Assembly: GCA_963787125.1 (NCBI GenBank)
Contig: CAWBBV010000006.1
Location: forward strand, 192,001-256,000
Length of the DNA: 64,000 nt
Direction: 5' to 3'
Source: an uncultured delta proteobacterium
Lineage (GTDB): Bacteria > Desulfobacterota > Desulfuromonadia > Geobacterales > DSM-12255
The translations under genes and the position numbers were made by a program. Of the stretch, positions 20,497 through 31,347 are shown piece after piece. Positions within the stretch are counted from its first letter, which is position 1; every line of letters begins with the position of its first letter. The notes under the pieces were generated by a model. The model saw nothing but the letters and a program-made list of their open reading frames with translations. It made no database searches and had not been told where the DNA came from.

Positions 20497-20723
20497 CCTT
20501 GTTATCATAATTTGTTCGGATTTGGAGTTCGACCAGCTTTGGCTTTAGCAGAAGAAGCTGAGTTAGTCAATTGATCACTATCCCTTAATCCCATTCAACA
20601 GATTTTACACTGTTTTTTGAACTGGAGAGGTTCTCAGGCTTAAGCCAAAAATATAAGTTGACAATGGCAGTAGCTTTAGTAAACTTACTACGTGCAGTAA
20701 ACATACTAACCAGGAGAAAACAT

Positions 20724-21212
20724 ATGCCATACGAAACGAAACAGAAGAAGAAAATTGACCCGACTGACGAACTCCCACAGAACCTTTCACACAAGCCTGT
20801 ATATGCATTGCCATATGAATATTTCGATGGGTTTTACGCTGGGAAAACTGACGCAAGATTCATTTCCATCGGCTTAGCACAATATGATCACGACGAAGTT
20901 TCAGTTAAAGTTTTTAGGCACACAGGGGAAAAATGGACGAGACAATCTGAGGAACTTCCACTTCACAGGATGATAGATGCCGTCACCTTTTTAACGAAGA
21001 TTATTTTTGGTACGGACAATGGAAATGCGGTTTTTGAATCAGAAACATTTGAGAATCAGTCTGAAACATTAAAGCTTACACGTGAGGATAGGACGGCAGG
21101 AGAGTTGGCAAGATTTCATAGATTTTTGGCAGACAATGACAAATTAATAAAGGATCGATTGAACGTATTATATGATCTTATGGGCGAACTGAAAGAAAAA
21201 GGTAAATTTTAA
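20724..21212 (+). CDS. Conserved hypothetical protein (DUF6530-like)
   Basis: LSHKPV, SIGLAQ, RHTGEKWTRQSEELPLHR; AGGAG RBS. Confidence 0.7.
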   Translation: MPYETKQKKKIDPTDELPQNLSHKPVYALPYEYFDGFYAGKTDARFISIGLAQYDHDEVSVKVFRHTGEKWTRQSEELPLHRMIDAVTFLTKIIFGTDNGNAVFESETFENQSETLKLTREDRTAGELARFHRFLADNDKLIKDRLNVLYDLMGELKEKGKF

Positions 21213-21278
21213 TAATCTGACAACATTTTTGGAATTAAATACATTAAGGCGGCCGATCGGCCGCCTTCCGTAATTACA

Positions 21279-22271
21279 CTATGCTCTTCTACAAAGAGCA
21301 GTGGGGGCAGCCGTGGAAATAAACGCCGCGTGTCCAGCTTCAAATGGAGCGACTGAAAGAATATCGTTTTCAAGCGAGATAATGATAGTTCCAGCGCAGC
21401 ATGCATTTACGGTTTTACCGGCAGAAAATGTATTAACAAGATGATCTCCTGCGTTTTCAGGCAACATGCTAGCGCAATGCTCTGAAAGCTGTGTGCAGAC
21501 GATTCTTGCCCCTGGCACAACCTCCTTAATGGCTTTTATAATATTTGGTTGTGGTGTCGAATATCTGCCTCTTCCGATTGAGAACACAACGGTATTGGGT
21601 TGAATACAATTACATACCTGTTTCGTGAATTCTATTAAGTCAGCCCCCTCAACTTTCCCCCCATGGTGTGGAAATACAATTACTGGTGCTGTGGCATCAA
21701 CTTGGCATTCAGTAAGATATTCCATCATGTTGAGAAAGCCGGTATTATCTATATCCCCAGTGAATACTAGAATCGGCCTATCGTTTTGCAGGACTCTAAT
21801 TACTGCACTTACGGAATTAGACGTTATCGAACGATTACTCCGGTCCTTTGAACCAGGACCTTTCCCTGCCAAGTAAATGCTAGGTGCAAGTATTTCAACC
21901 TTGAAGGCTCCAAAGTTAAAGGTGTTTGAATCGCTGACTGTAAGAGCTACACCGAAGTCGACGTCCCCACCATTATGAGCCTTGCTCAATGTAAAGAGTA
22001 GGTCGTCCCAAATGATAGAAGCTTTACGAGAGTCCGTATTGAGCCGGACTTTTCCAATTGTGAATTCCTCAGAACTAAGCAGCCCTATTAAACCTGCAAT
22101 ATGGTCTTGATCTGCATGCGAGATTAGAAGTACATCAACGTTCGAAATCCCTTCTGCTTTAAGGAACTCCATTAGAGAAGCTCCTGGTCCGGCATCAATT
22201 ACGAGTGTATGATTATCTTCTCTGACAATCGCACAATTGCCGTGCCCTACGTCCAAAATGAATGCTGGCAT
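21279..22271 (-). CDS. ComEC/Rec2-type metallo-beta-lactamase fold hydrolase (putative nuclease)
   Basis: LDVGHG, SHADQDH, FTGD, PHHG motifs; no membrane domain. Confidence 0.85.
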   Translation of the reverse strand: MPAFILDVGHGNCAIVREDNHTLVIDAGPGASLMEFLKAEGISNVDVLLISHADQDHIAGLIGLLSSEEFTIGKVRLNTDSRKASIIWDDLLFTLSKAHNGGDVDFGVALTVSDSNTFNFGAFKVEILAPSIYLAGKGPGSKDRSNRSITSNSVSAVIRVLQNDRPILVFTGDIDNTGFLNMMEYLTECQVDATAPVIVFPHHGGKVEGADLIEFTKQVCNCIQPNTVVFSIGRGRYSTPQPNIIKAIKEVVPGARIVCTQLSEHCASMLPENAGDHLVNTFSAGKTVNACCAGTIIISLENDILSVAPFEAGHAAFISTAAPTALCRRA

Positions 22272-22279
22272 GACTAGAA

Positions 22280-22945
22280 CTACCTCCCGCGGAACTCAAA
22301 CTCGTCAAAGTACAGTTCTTCGTCAGACTCAGCTCCGGTGTTTACCTTTGCAAAAAACCTCGTTCCAGGTTTAATCTCGGCTCTAAACTCGAATGGGATT
22401 ATATCCATTGGGAATCTTATTATCTCTGACGGGTTCCATCCGGGAATATTCGCAAAGACAATAGGGTTTTTCGTATCTAAATCCACCTCTTCAACTCGAA
22501 GAAGAGTTTTCCAAGGCCGTCTTTTCGGCAAAAAATGATTACTAAATTCTTGAATACAAATTTCGAATCCTTTAGCTATAACATCAGGATCAGCTTCATC
22601 ATGTGAGAGAAGAACGGGTATCTTCCTACGAAAGCGTCTCATATCGTCGATTAACGCTTTACTCCAACTTGTAACAAGCACAGCAGGAAATCTAACATCA
22701 TAAGATATTGCAACTGCTTCAGCACCGGTGCAATAGGCATAATTTCTGGTGCTTAGATGATGATCACACACAATTGCGTCAGCTTCTCCGCGCGCAATGC
22801 CGACCAACTCGTCTGCACTCTTGAAAGGTCCAATAAGAGGTTTAGCATTAAATTGTGCATCTCTGAGTTCAGCAGAAAGGGTTTCTCGGGCATCGTCAGA
22901 ATCATCGACTACAGCAATAGATATTATGCTCACATTACGCTCCAA
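22280..22945 (-). CDS. Receiver-domain protein with uncharacterised C-terminal domain
   Basis: VVDD acidic pocket, CDHHL phospho-acceptor Asp, VLVT; alternative start GTG 22933. Confidence 0.75.
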   Translation of the reverse strand: MERNVSIISIAVVDDSDDARETLSAELRDAQFNAKPLIGPFKSADELVGIARGEADAIVCDHHLSTRNYAYCTGAEAVAISYDVRFPAVLVTSWSKALIDDMRRFRRKIPVLLSHDEADPDVIAKGFEICIQEFSNHFLPKRRPWKTLLRVEEVDLDTKNPIVFANIPGWNPSEIIRFPMDIIPFEFRAEIKPGTRFFAKVNTGAESDEELYFDEFEFRGR

Positions 22946-24992
22946 GTATCGGCAGTTCTACCGAAATTTCCGCACCACCCAAAGATCCATTTGACAGTGC
23001 GCTGATGGATCCACCCAAATCTTTTACAGTGTCACGGACTATTGTAAGGCCAAGGCCTGTGCCATTAGGATAGGTAGTTTCACCAGGGAGCCAAATATCC
23101 TTAAGGCTTATTCCAGATATGCCTGGACCATTGTCAGCGATGACAATAGTCACTATCCCATCTGCGACTTGCGTCTCAACAGAAATCAAACGATCCTGAG
23201 GAGGAGCCGTCTCGAAAGCCTTCAAGGAGTTTGTTATGATATTTGAGATAATTGACTCTATTGCTGCCTCGCTAGCCCGGAGATACGGATTCCCCGCATC
23301 ATATTTGAACCTTACTTCGGTTTTTCTCTCTTTTATCGTTAAAGCAAACATATCAACAACATCACTGATAACCTTATGAATATCGACCCGAGAAACCCGT
23401 CGTTTTTCATGATCTATAAAATTCAAGGTCAAGCTACCAAATGCTTTAAGTATTTCCGCTTGACGTTGAACAATTCCAATAGGACCTTCAAAGAACTCTT
23501 CAAATTTATCTGATACCGCTGTTTTCGCACGATTCTCAATGAGCTTTGCATTTTTTTCAATAAGCCTAAGTGGATGTTTTGACTCATGAGCAAAAATACC
23601 TGCCGTAATCCCTGCAGTACTAAGAGTCCTGTAGAGTTGAACTTCCTTTTTGAGGATTACAGTCTCCTTAGTTCGTGCTCGATCATAATCTTTGAATTTC
23701 TCTTCTACGTTTTTCTTTTCTTCAGATGGCAACAATTTAATAGCTTCATCAATAGTTTGTTTAGCCTTGTCAACTTCACCTTTTGCTTGTTGTCTTTGCT
23801 GTTGTCTTTTAGATTCTCTTTCTTCTTTTCTCCGTCGATGCATCCAATCAAGTGCATCGGTAGCAAAGCGCTTCAATTCATGAAACAATTCACTCTCAAC
23901 AAGGCCCGAACGATCCGTTTTCTGAAGAAGGTCTTCATTTGTACCAATTACAGCCATTCGGCCAATTGACGTATTAGTTCCAGGGCGTAACTCAGGATCT
24001 CGAACGCGACTAAGATTCATGTCAAGCCAGTCGTTCCCTGGGTTTCCATATGGCGAGACACGAAGACCATGTATATATAAGTGGACTCCACCAAATTCCT
24101 TAAGCCATGCTTTGACCTCGCCGACGGTTGTTGGACGAAAGGAAAACGTATCGCTACTGAGAATATACGCCCAAATGTCAAATGTAGCCGGAGGGCAATT
24201 GTACTTACTGACCTTAGGACTTATTTCATCGTGATCAGCGGCAAAGAGCTTGTTTCCTTTCCAATCCGTAACCGTTGCTTTAACCTGCCCATTTGTGTCA
24301 ACTTCTGCAAAAAGATGAAATTCAGCATCATCAAAATATCTTCGCTGAACAAGTTTTTCTAGATCTTCGAATTCAGGAGCTTTCAATATGGGCTGAAATC
24401 CAGAAGGATTGTCTCCAAAAGGATCCGCAAGCAACAACAGACCCCTAGCCAGCCTTTTCACGTCATTGCGAGTTATCCTATAACGAAGGTTAGCGATTCT
24501 TATCTCGGTTCCCCTTCCGACACTTGAAGCACGAACAGTTTCTTCTATCTCCAGGTCAACTTCTTCAACAACATCGAACTGGTCAAATTTTCTCCAATCT
24601 ATGAACAGTGAGTATTGTTTTTTCTCCTCTTCTAACGGCCTAGTAAGCAGGGTGGTTTCAGTACCTAGTCTTAATGCAGCGAGCCTTCCAAGCCCTTTAT
24701 TCCCGGCAGGAATTCGTCCTAAGCGTGTTACCTTCCTAACATTTTTTGCTGACTTTCCAAGTAGCAACCAACTGTTTTCGATATCCTCTTTTTCCATTCC
24801 TTCGCCATCATCACTTACAGAAATCGTTCCTCCGAGTACTTGTGTATTCCTTATCTGGATCGTGCAAGTATTAGCATCTGCGTCATATGCATTCTTTACC
24901 AATTCAAGAATTCCTTGGTCGGGGTTTGGGTTCAACTCCTCACCAAGACGTCTAAGAATATCGGTAGAAAATTTTAAGTGCGCTTTACTCAT
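22935..24992 (-). CDS. MORC/GHKL ATPase fused to histidine kinase
   Basis: ELVKNAYDA, DDGEGM, GNKGLGR, GTEI; coiled coil; FAHESKHPL H-box, ITNSLKA, DNGPGI, GTGLGL. Confidence 0.88.
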   Translation of the reverse strand: MSKAHLKFSTDILRRLGEELNPNPDQGILELVKNAYDADANTCTIQIRNTQVLGGTISVSDDGEGMEKEDIENSWLLLGKSAKNVRKVTRLGRIPAGNKGLGRLAALRLGTETTLLTRPLEEEKKQYSLFIDWRKFDQFDVVEEVDLEIEETVRASSVGRGTEIRIANLRYRITRNDVKRLARGLLLLADPFGDNPSGFQPILKAPEFEDLEKLVQRRYFDDAEFHLFAEVDTNGQVKATVTDWKGNKLFAADHDEISPKVSKYNCPPATFDIWAYILSSDTFSFRPTTVGEVKAWLKEFGGVHLYIHGLRVSPYGNPGNDWLDMNLSRVRDPELRPGTNTSIGRMAVIGTNEDLLQKTDRSGLVESELFHELKRFATDALDWMHRRRKEERESKRQQQRQQAKGEVDKAKQTIDEAIKLLPSEEKKNVEEKFKDYDRARTKETVILKKEVQLYRTLSTAGITAGIFAHESKHPLRLIEKNAKLIENRAKTAVSDKFEEFFEGPIGIVQRQAEILKAFGSLTLNFIDHEKRRVSRVDIHKVISDVVDMFALTIKERKTEVRFKYDAGNPYLRASEAAIESIISNIITNSLKAFETAPPQDRLISVETQVADGIVTIVIADNGPGISGISLKDIWLPGETTYPNGTGLGLTIVRDTVKDLGGSISALSNGSLGGAEISVELPILGA

Positions 24993-26278
24993 ACCTTTCT
25001 CCACGGGATCTCTGCGATTGAAGATATAGTTAAATGACGGCATCTTATACGCTCATTTAACCAATCATTTGCCCACTTTGTGCTTAGCATATTCAACAGC
25101 GCTTGGCAGGTTTCAAGTGATTTATCCTTAGGCTGTAATACTATTAAATGATTATCGACTGCTACTGAAGAGTCCACGTTAATGATAGTCGATACTGCTC
25201 TAAATAAATCATCCGGCCTTGATGTCCTTCTAATAACTACAAATGGCGAAGGAATTATCTTACGAGAATACCTTCGACTGTGACTAACATGGCTTACAAT
25301 TGACCATTTCGGTAGATCTTTAGAGATAAGATATGGCACCGTCGGACCATCGTGCGAATCTCTATAATCAACCACTGTACCTATCGACAAATCAAACATA
25401 CTAGAAATTGTGCTGCAATTGTTTGTTACAGGGTAGCTCCAGTTGAGAGTACTATCATTGTTATTAACAATTAAGGCATCGATTAGGAAAACATTCACAT
25501 CAATACTAGGTTCAAATTGTCCCAATGCTGTTATTTTATTAACTAGCATTTTTTTGCTGACAATACGTCTCCATCTTTCATAGCGTGCACCTGATCTAAG
25601 TACTTCTGGAAGTATTGCTATAATTCGCGTTCCCACATTGGATTTAACAACATAATCGTGAAAAAAAACGGCTGCGTAGTTAGTTTTTCCTGACGACCAT
25701 ACACATCCTTTTGGTGTGTCAACAAGATTGTAAGGTGGATTCATGACAACATAGTTAAAATCCATACCGATGTCAGCAGTAGTTACTCCACAGCCCTGTT
25801 TTATGTTTTTGAAATAGGTACCTATTCCTTTAAATCGTTGAGGTAGTGCCGCTCCTTTGTGTAACGCAGTAAGTGCAAGCCTAGCTTTTGTTGCCATTAC
25901 GAATTCATGGTGCAAATCACTTCCGTAAAAAATATTGCCCCATGAAGACATCGTATTCTCGAAATCTTCAGTAATAGTTATGTTTTTTGCCACGTCTACC
26001 AGCAAATCACCAGCACCGCATGCAGGATCAATGATTTTATGTTGGCAACCAAGTAATTTTGAGTCAATCAGCTGAGTGGTTTCATTCGCTAAGAAACCTC
26101 CAGAAAAAAAAGCACCAGACTCCCTTCTTGCTTCGTATGACACAAGTTGCTGAAGCTTCCGCGCTGGCTGACCATTAAGGGCAGAAATTACCGAAACATC
26201 ATCCTTCGGAATAGATCCAAAAACGATCCCTTCGCACAATTTTTCTAGATGTGAAACGTATCCAGCGTATGCTTTCAT
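24989..26278 (-). CDS. N6-adenine DNA methyltransferase
   Basis: GAFFS, DPACGAGD (motif I), NPPY (motif IV); stop overlaps the next ATG. Confidence 0.88.
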   Translation of the reverse strand: MKAYAGYVSHLEKLCEGIVFGSIPKDDVSVISALNGQPARKLQQLVSYEARRESGAFFSGGFLANETTQLIDSKLLGCQHKIIDPACGAGDLLVDVAKNITITEDFENTMSSWGNIFYGSDLHHEFVMATKARLALTALHKGAALPQRFKGIGTYFKNIKQGCGVTTADIGMDFNYVVMNPPYNLVDTPKGCVWSSGKTNYAAVFFHDYVVKSNVGTRIIAILPEVLRSGARYERWRRIVSKKMLVNKITALGQFEPSIDVNVFLIDALIVNNNDSTLNWSYPVTNNCSTISSMFDLSIGTVVDYRDSHDGPTVPYLISKDLPKWSIVSHVSHSRRYSRKIIPSPFVVIRRTSRPDDLFRAVSTIINVDSSVAVDNHLIVLQPKDKSLETCQALLNMLSTKWANDWLNERIRCRHLTISSIAEIPWRKV

Positions 26279-26384
26279 AATAGTCCTAAGGTGTAATGCA
26301 AACTACGCAAACATAACACGATTTTGCAAAAATACACATACCTTCTGTTGCCTGTGAAGAGGTGCTTCATCAATTCCCGACTAC

Positions 26385-26560
26385 CTACCCACCCCTTCTA
26401 TTATCCTCAAACATCTCCACCGGCATCTGATGCCTGAGCCGCCAGACCATCTTGATCGGCCGGTCGCTCTCGTAACTGACCATATCCACCGGCCCCAGAT
26501 AGGTAAACGGCACCTTGACATTGTTCCGCTTTTTTTGGTCGCGGGCAAACCGTTCAATAC
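26385..26560 (-). pseudogene. C-terminal fragment of a DUF3427-like protein
   Basis: PFTYLGPVDMVSYESDRPIKMVWRL; no N-terminus. Confidence 0.55.
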
Positions 26561-26855
26561 CCGTTTTTACTTGCTCTTTCCTCGAGGTCACGCCATTCGG
26601 CAATTTTACTTTCCAAATATCTGAGCTGACTTGTACGGTCTCTGCTGAAGAAGTGGCTTAACTCACTTGAAAGATCAATACGTATAAAAATTCTATTAGG
26701 TTTGTCCTGGTCCTGGTCGGTAAGGCCAAGTTTTATCAGGTTCTTCGAATCAATCGATTTTCCCAAATTTAATTCAAACACCAAATAGGCAGGCTGATTG
26801 TAATATATACCTATCCAACATCTATTTCCTTCTGTGTAGTAACCGATATACTCTT

Positions 26856-28105
26856 TGAACTTCCCCCGAGATTGTGGACAGTCCGAAAAGCTGCTACAAA
26901 AGCAGACGGAGGACAGTCATGGTATCGAAGAGAAAGTCGTTCACCCGCGAGTTCAAGATCGAAACGATCAAACTGGTTACCGATGGAGGTGCCGATGTAA
27001 ACCAGATAGCGAGCGATATGGGGATTCACCCCAACACGCTTTACAACTGGATCAGGCAGTTATCGGTTAAACCTGAAGAAGCGTTTCCCGGCAAAGGGCA
27101 TATGACCTCTGACGCGGAGATAATCCGTCAACTTAAGCGTGAAAATGAGCGTTTAAAGATGGAGCGTGAAATCTTAAAAAAAGCAATGGCCATCTTTTCA
27201 AAAGACCCGACTTGACCTTTAGCTTCATCCGTGAGAATCAGACTGAGTTTCGGATCTCCATCATGTGTAGCGTTTTCGACGTTTCACGGAGCGGATATTA
27301 CGCCTGGTTAAAACAGCCAGAAGGCAAAAAAAGTCAAGAAGATCAAGCGCTATCAGAGGTGATCAAAGAGATTCACCAAGAGAGCAATCGCACCTACGGA
27401 AGTCCCAGGGTGCACCGGGAACTACAGAGGCGCGGCAAGCATTACGGTCGTAACAAGATTGCCCGCCTGATGAGAAAAGATGGCCTTAGAGCGAAGACGA
27501 AGCGCAAGTTCAAGGCAACGACCAACTCTAAGCATAAGTTGCCCGTGGCGGCCAACCTTCTCAATCGGGAGTTCACGCCAAAGCGGCCTAACCAGGCATG
27601 GGCCGCAGACATCACTTACATCTGGACCGGCGAGGGGTGGCTCTACCTGGCAATAGTTATGGACTTGTTTTCACGTGCCATCGTTGGGTGGTCCATGTCG
27701 GAGCGAATGACCCGGAATATTGTCATCGATGCTTTCATTCTCGCAGTTAAGCGACGAAACCCGCCGCGTGGACTGATTCATCATTCCGATAGAGGGTCGC
27801 AGTATGCAAGCATTGAATTCCAGGCCCTGTTAGTGAAAAATGGCACAACTTGCAGCATGAGTCGCAAAGGTAATTGTTGGGACAACGCACCGGCAGAAAG
27901 CTTCTTTGGGACACTTAAGAGAGAGCTTGTATTTCACTGCCAGTATTCAACCCGAGCCGATGCACGCCAGAGCATCTTCAGTTACATAGAACGTTTCTAT
28001 AACCGTAAAAGAATTCATTCTTCGCTGGGGTATCGGACTCCATACGAGGCGGATCAACTCAAATTTGCAGCTTAACACCCTGTCCACTGAACCGGGGGAA
28101 CTTCA
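26856..28105 (+). mobile_element. IS3 family insertion sequence (1250 bp)
   Basis: TG...CA ends with IRs TGAACTTCCCCCG / CGGGGGAACTTCA; 3-bp target duplication CTT. Confidence 0.92.
26919..28075 (+). CDS. IS3 transposase OrfA (26919-27215) / OrfB (27212-28075), -1 frameshift
   Basis: HTH Orf[27 protein letters not shown]7G run at ~27176-27183. Confidence 0.92.
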
Positions 28106-28793
28106 CTTTCCCGCCGCTAAGCGGTTTTGATTTGATCGAATTATGCTCGATTGCTTTGCCAATCATATTAAGCAGATTGTGGAGCGACGTTACGCCTTCA
28201 ACAAGTTGCCAACTGACATGATCCATGACGATCCCCTTTGACTCTAAGAATTGCTTGAATTGATCGACTACATAACGGCTCAGATCTTTCGTAATTATAA
28301 GTTGTGTGAGGTACTCATAAATGTCAGACCATCTAAGACATAAATCCGGTTTATGGTGATTTAATCCGTTTCCTAAAGGATACTTAGTTAACAAAACAAG
28401 AAATGTATCAGCATAGCCACTCTTTGATAAAGCTGATCTGTAACGCTTTATCTGGTCCAGCCCCAATCCTGATTCGGATTTAACTTCAATATAGCCAAGA
28501 GATATTGTCGATTTGATCTGAATATCAGGCCTACCATCGCTTGTTGCTACCTGGGTGATAATAGTAACTTCATTACAATCGGCAGCAGTGACGTCGATGT
28601 GACCATTACTGATTTTTTTGAACAACTGGACAGCAGCAACCTGCTCATGTTCTTGCAAAAATTGAAGTAAATAGACGAATGCCTCCGTCATGAAGTTTTC
28701 GTCCTGCCGGTATGCCCAACGGTTCAATCTTGATAAAAGATCCATAGAAAATCAAACTCCTACAAGGTAAGTACGGGTTCCGGAAGCATATTG

Positions 28794-29687
28794 TTAACGC
28801 CCACTCACCCCTACCCCCGCCACAACAATCGGCATCTCAAACATGAACCCCAGATACGGCAACTCCCGCGCGGCCTTCTCGTAACTCATCATCCCTGAAT
28901 AAACCGGCGACCGCTCACTTACAGAGTTCTCCCGCGCTCGCTTCTGCCCCAACTCGCACAGGAGCGCCGCAAAGGCCGTCATCGGACAGAGAAGCAGGCC
29001 GAGCCTGGCAGCCCTGTATTTACGGGCCAGCATGAACTTTACATAGTCCTGGTAGTAGGAGCGGGCATTGCCGAACTCCACCTCTACCCAGATGCCGTTC
29101 TTCTCGAAATCGCACTTGAGCCCCAGTTCCGGCACAACCCGCTGCTCCCGCTGCCAGCCTCGATCAACTAATCCTGCGCTGATCAAACCGTTGTAGTCCG
29201 CCTGATTGAAAGCAGCATCATAATCCACCGCGGCCAGCGACTCCCTGATCTGGTGAATCTCTGTGATGCCCTCCATTTCCTGCCTCTCCAGGTGATGCAG
29301 CTGTAGAGCGCCGATCTGCAGGGCTGGAGCGGTACTCTTCAAAATCGGCTTGAACAGGAAGGTGAACGGCGCAACCTCGACAATCTCCAGCAGGTTCCCT
29401 GCTACCGATCCGCCGAATACCGCAGCCAGCCAGAGCCGCAGCCGCTCCTGTGACTTGTTTTCATAGCGGAACTGGAGATGGCCCGGTTTGTTGTTCAAGC
29501 GGCGTATCTCGGCCTTCACCGGTTCTTCAGCACCGCAGAGTATTGTCACCGCGACCTTGCCGCCCTTCTCTATCGCCCGCAGCCGCTCCGTCTGCGCCTC
29601 AAGCGGAATCGTCACGCCGTACCTGAAGGTGGACAGACCGACCGGGTGGAGGAACTTCAAGTTTTCAAACAAAGAAGGCTGCATCAT
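28794..29687 (-). CDS. BglII/BstYI-like restriction endonuclease with extra N-terminal domain
   Basis: CDFEKNGIWVEVEFGN...QDYVKF motif. Confidence 0.7.
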   Translation of the reverse strand: MMQPSLFENLKFLHPVGLSTFRYGVTIPLEAQTERLRAIEKGGKVAVTILCGAEEPVKAEIRRLNNKPGHLQFRYENKSQERLRLWLAAVFGGSVAGNLLEIVEVAPFTFLFKPILKSTAPALQIGALQLHHLERQEMEGITEIHQIRESLAAVDYDAAFNQADYNGLISAGLVDRGWQREQRVVPELGLKCDFEKNGIWVEVEFGNARSYYQDYVKFMLARKYRAARLGLLLCPMTAFAALLCELGQKRARENSVSERSPVYSGMMSYEKAARELPYLGFMFEMPIVVAGVGVSGR

Positions 29688-30499
29688 GTGTGCAAGAACA
29701 CCTCTTCCCGGTGCATCTGCATAAACTCGGCATCCGGTGGAAACTTCTCCGGCATCACGATCTGCTTCCCTTCGTAATCAAGGAAGTTACGCGCAAGCGA
29801 ATCGTTCGGCAAATACTCTCGCAGATAAGGGCTGAGTACAAGACGATACTCTTCGTCCAGAGTGATTAGCCCCTTGTCAAATGCAGCGTCCTGGGTCTGC
29901 GCAAGGCAAAGGCCATTCTGCGGATTAAGACGCTGCTCCGGGTATTTGCCCCACGGGAGGATGTGGCTTGCCACTAATAGCGCCGGAACCGGATTTCCGG
30001 TAATGCAGCAGCAGCTGTTGTAGGAAGCGAGCACGCTTTGGCGAAAGAACTGCTGGCCGAGGCGTGTCTTTACCGAGACGATCTTTTCTGTCGGTCCGGA
30101 AGGTTCTGTGATAGGGAGCTTGAATATGGATTGGCGGCGTGACGTGCTCTTTCCTGGCACAGCAGCCGGCTCCGCCACTTCGGTCTGCCCGATCAACAGT
30201 TGCAGCTGTTCTTCGCTGGTTACGCCATACTCTTCCCAATTGGCGGTGAACTCATTCCACGCTTCCCGATCAGCGCGACTTGCCCCCTGCAAACCCTTGA
30301 TGCCACGGGCCTGATGGTACGGGTCGAGCGAGGCAAGGTTGCACAGCTTCATGGAAAGGCTGCTGGGCGTCCTGCCGAGCTTTTGCGCGACTTCGATGAT
30401 CAGGGGGTTGCCATGGCGCAGCTGACCAAAGGGAAGCTTGCAATACAGGTTCATTGCCAGCATCAACTCATCATGTGACCACGCTTTACCTTGTGCCAT
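29684..30499 (-). CDS. HNH endonuclease
   Basis: RLGQQFFR, CCITG, ASHILPW, NGLCL...AFDKG. Confidence 0.88.
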   Translation of the reverse strand: MAQGKAWSHDELMLAMNLYCKLPFGQLRHGNPLIIEVAQKLGRTPSSLSMKLCNLASLDPYHQARGIKGLQGASRADREAWNEFTANWEEYGVTSEEQLQLLIGQTEVAEPAAVPGKSTSRRQSIFKLPITEPSGPTEKIVSVKTRLGQQFFRQSVLASYNSCCCITGNPVPALLVASHILPWGKYPEQRLNPQNGLCLAQTQDAAFDKGLITLDEEYRLVLSPYLREYLPNDSLARNFLDYEGKQIVMPEKFPPDAEFMQMHREEVFLHT

Positions 30500-30678
30500 T
30501 TACAGCCCTCAAAATCAAAAAAGCCGCTCCACCGGTCGATCCCGGCACAACGGCTTGCAGTCATCTATCTATGCCCATCTCCATCCACCCACTCCACACC
30601 ACCTCATAAATTCGCTTAATTAATACACTTTGTCTATCTTGACGTCAATGCGATTTAATGGCACTTGAAACGGCCTTA

Positions 30679-31347
30679 TTACTGCTCTAACAATTTGCGG
30701 GCTAAGCTATGCAGCTCTGAGTTTGCTAATGCGACCACCTTTTTCTTAACTGAACGGGAATAATACTCCTGTTCAGTCTTGGACAAAGGGAGGCCTTCGA
30801 GTTTTTTCTTAAACAGATCCTTCTGTTTTGGCGAAAAGAGCTGAGAAAGGGCATACGCTAGAGAAAACTCCTCATACTTCTCCTTGCTCCGCCTGGTTTT
30901 ATCAACGTTTTGTTCGAAGTACAGTTCAAACAGTTTCCTGAGACGCTTAGAGTCGAGTTCCTCATTATCCCAGGCTAGTGGTTGATTATGAGCTAGAGAG
31001 TTGCGCCACTCCTTTGCCTGAAACTTGTCTTCATTGGAGAGTTTCTTTTTAAGCTTGGTCAACCACGGAAATGTCAGGTGGTAGGACGAGTACACGGATG
31101 AAGACAGGAGTAACAGCTTGTGAAAGTTATTCTTATCCTGGTCAGATAAAAGTCGCTCAACCAGTTCGGGGGTAAACTGGTAGTTTTCAGCGGCATTTAC
31201 CAGCAGCACCGGAAATCCTTCCCAAAGACGGGTGTCATGGCTCTTAACCACATCTGCAAGAGTTTTATTAACATCCAGTTCCTCGCTTGGCTCAAGCATA
31301 GGAAAACCGAGCTTCGATAAGCTGTGCATCAGGTCATTGTTACTCAT
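30679..31347 (-). CDS. Hypothetical protein coupled to the nucleotidyltransferase
   Basis: 222-aa ORF overlapping the upstream stop; C-terminal SKTEQEYYSRSVKKK. Confidence 0.7.
   Translation of the reverse strand: MSNNDLMHSLSKLGFPMLEPSEELDVNKTLADVVKSHDTRLWEGFPVLLVNAAENYQFTPELVERLLSDQDKNNFHKLLLLSSSVYSSYHLTFPWLTKLKKKLSNEDKFQAKEWRNSLAHNQPLAWDNEELDSKRLRKLFELYFEQNVDKTRRSKEKYEEFSLAYALSQLFSPKQKDLFKKKLEGLPLSKTEQEYYSRSVKKKVVALANSELHSLARKLLEQ

Larger units (their letters stand above)
26554..28745 (-). pseudogene. PD-(D/E)XK nuclease gene interrupted by IS3
   Basis: ENFMTE...RPDI...IEVK; removing the IS and one CTT restores SGGK-EYIGYYTEG...LVFELNLG in frame. Confidence 0.8.
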
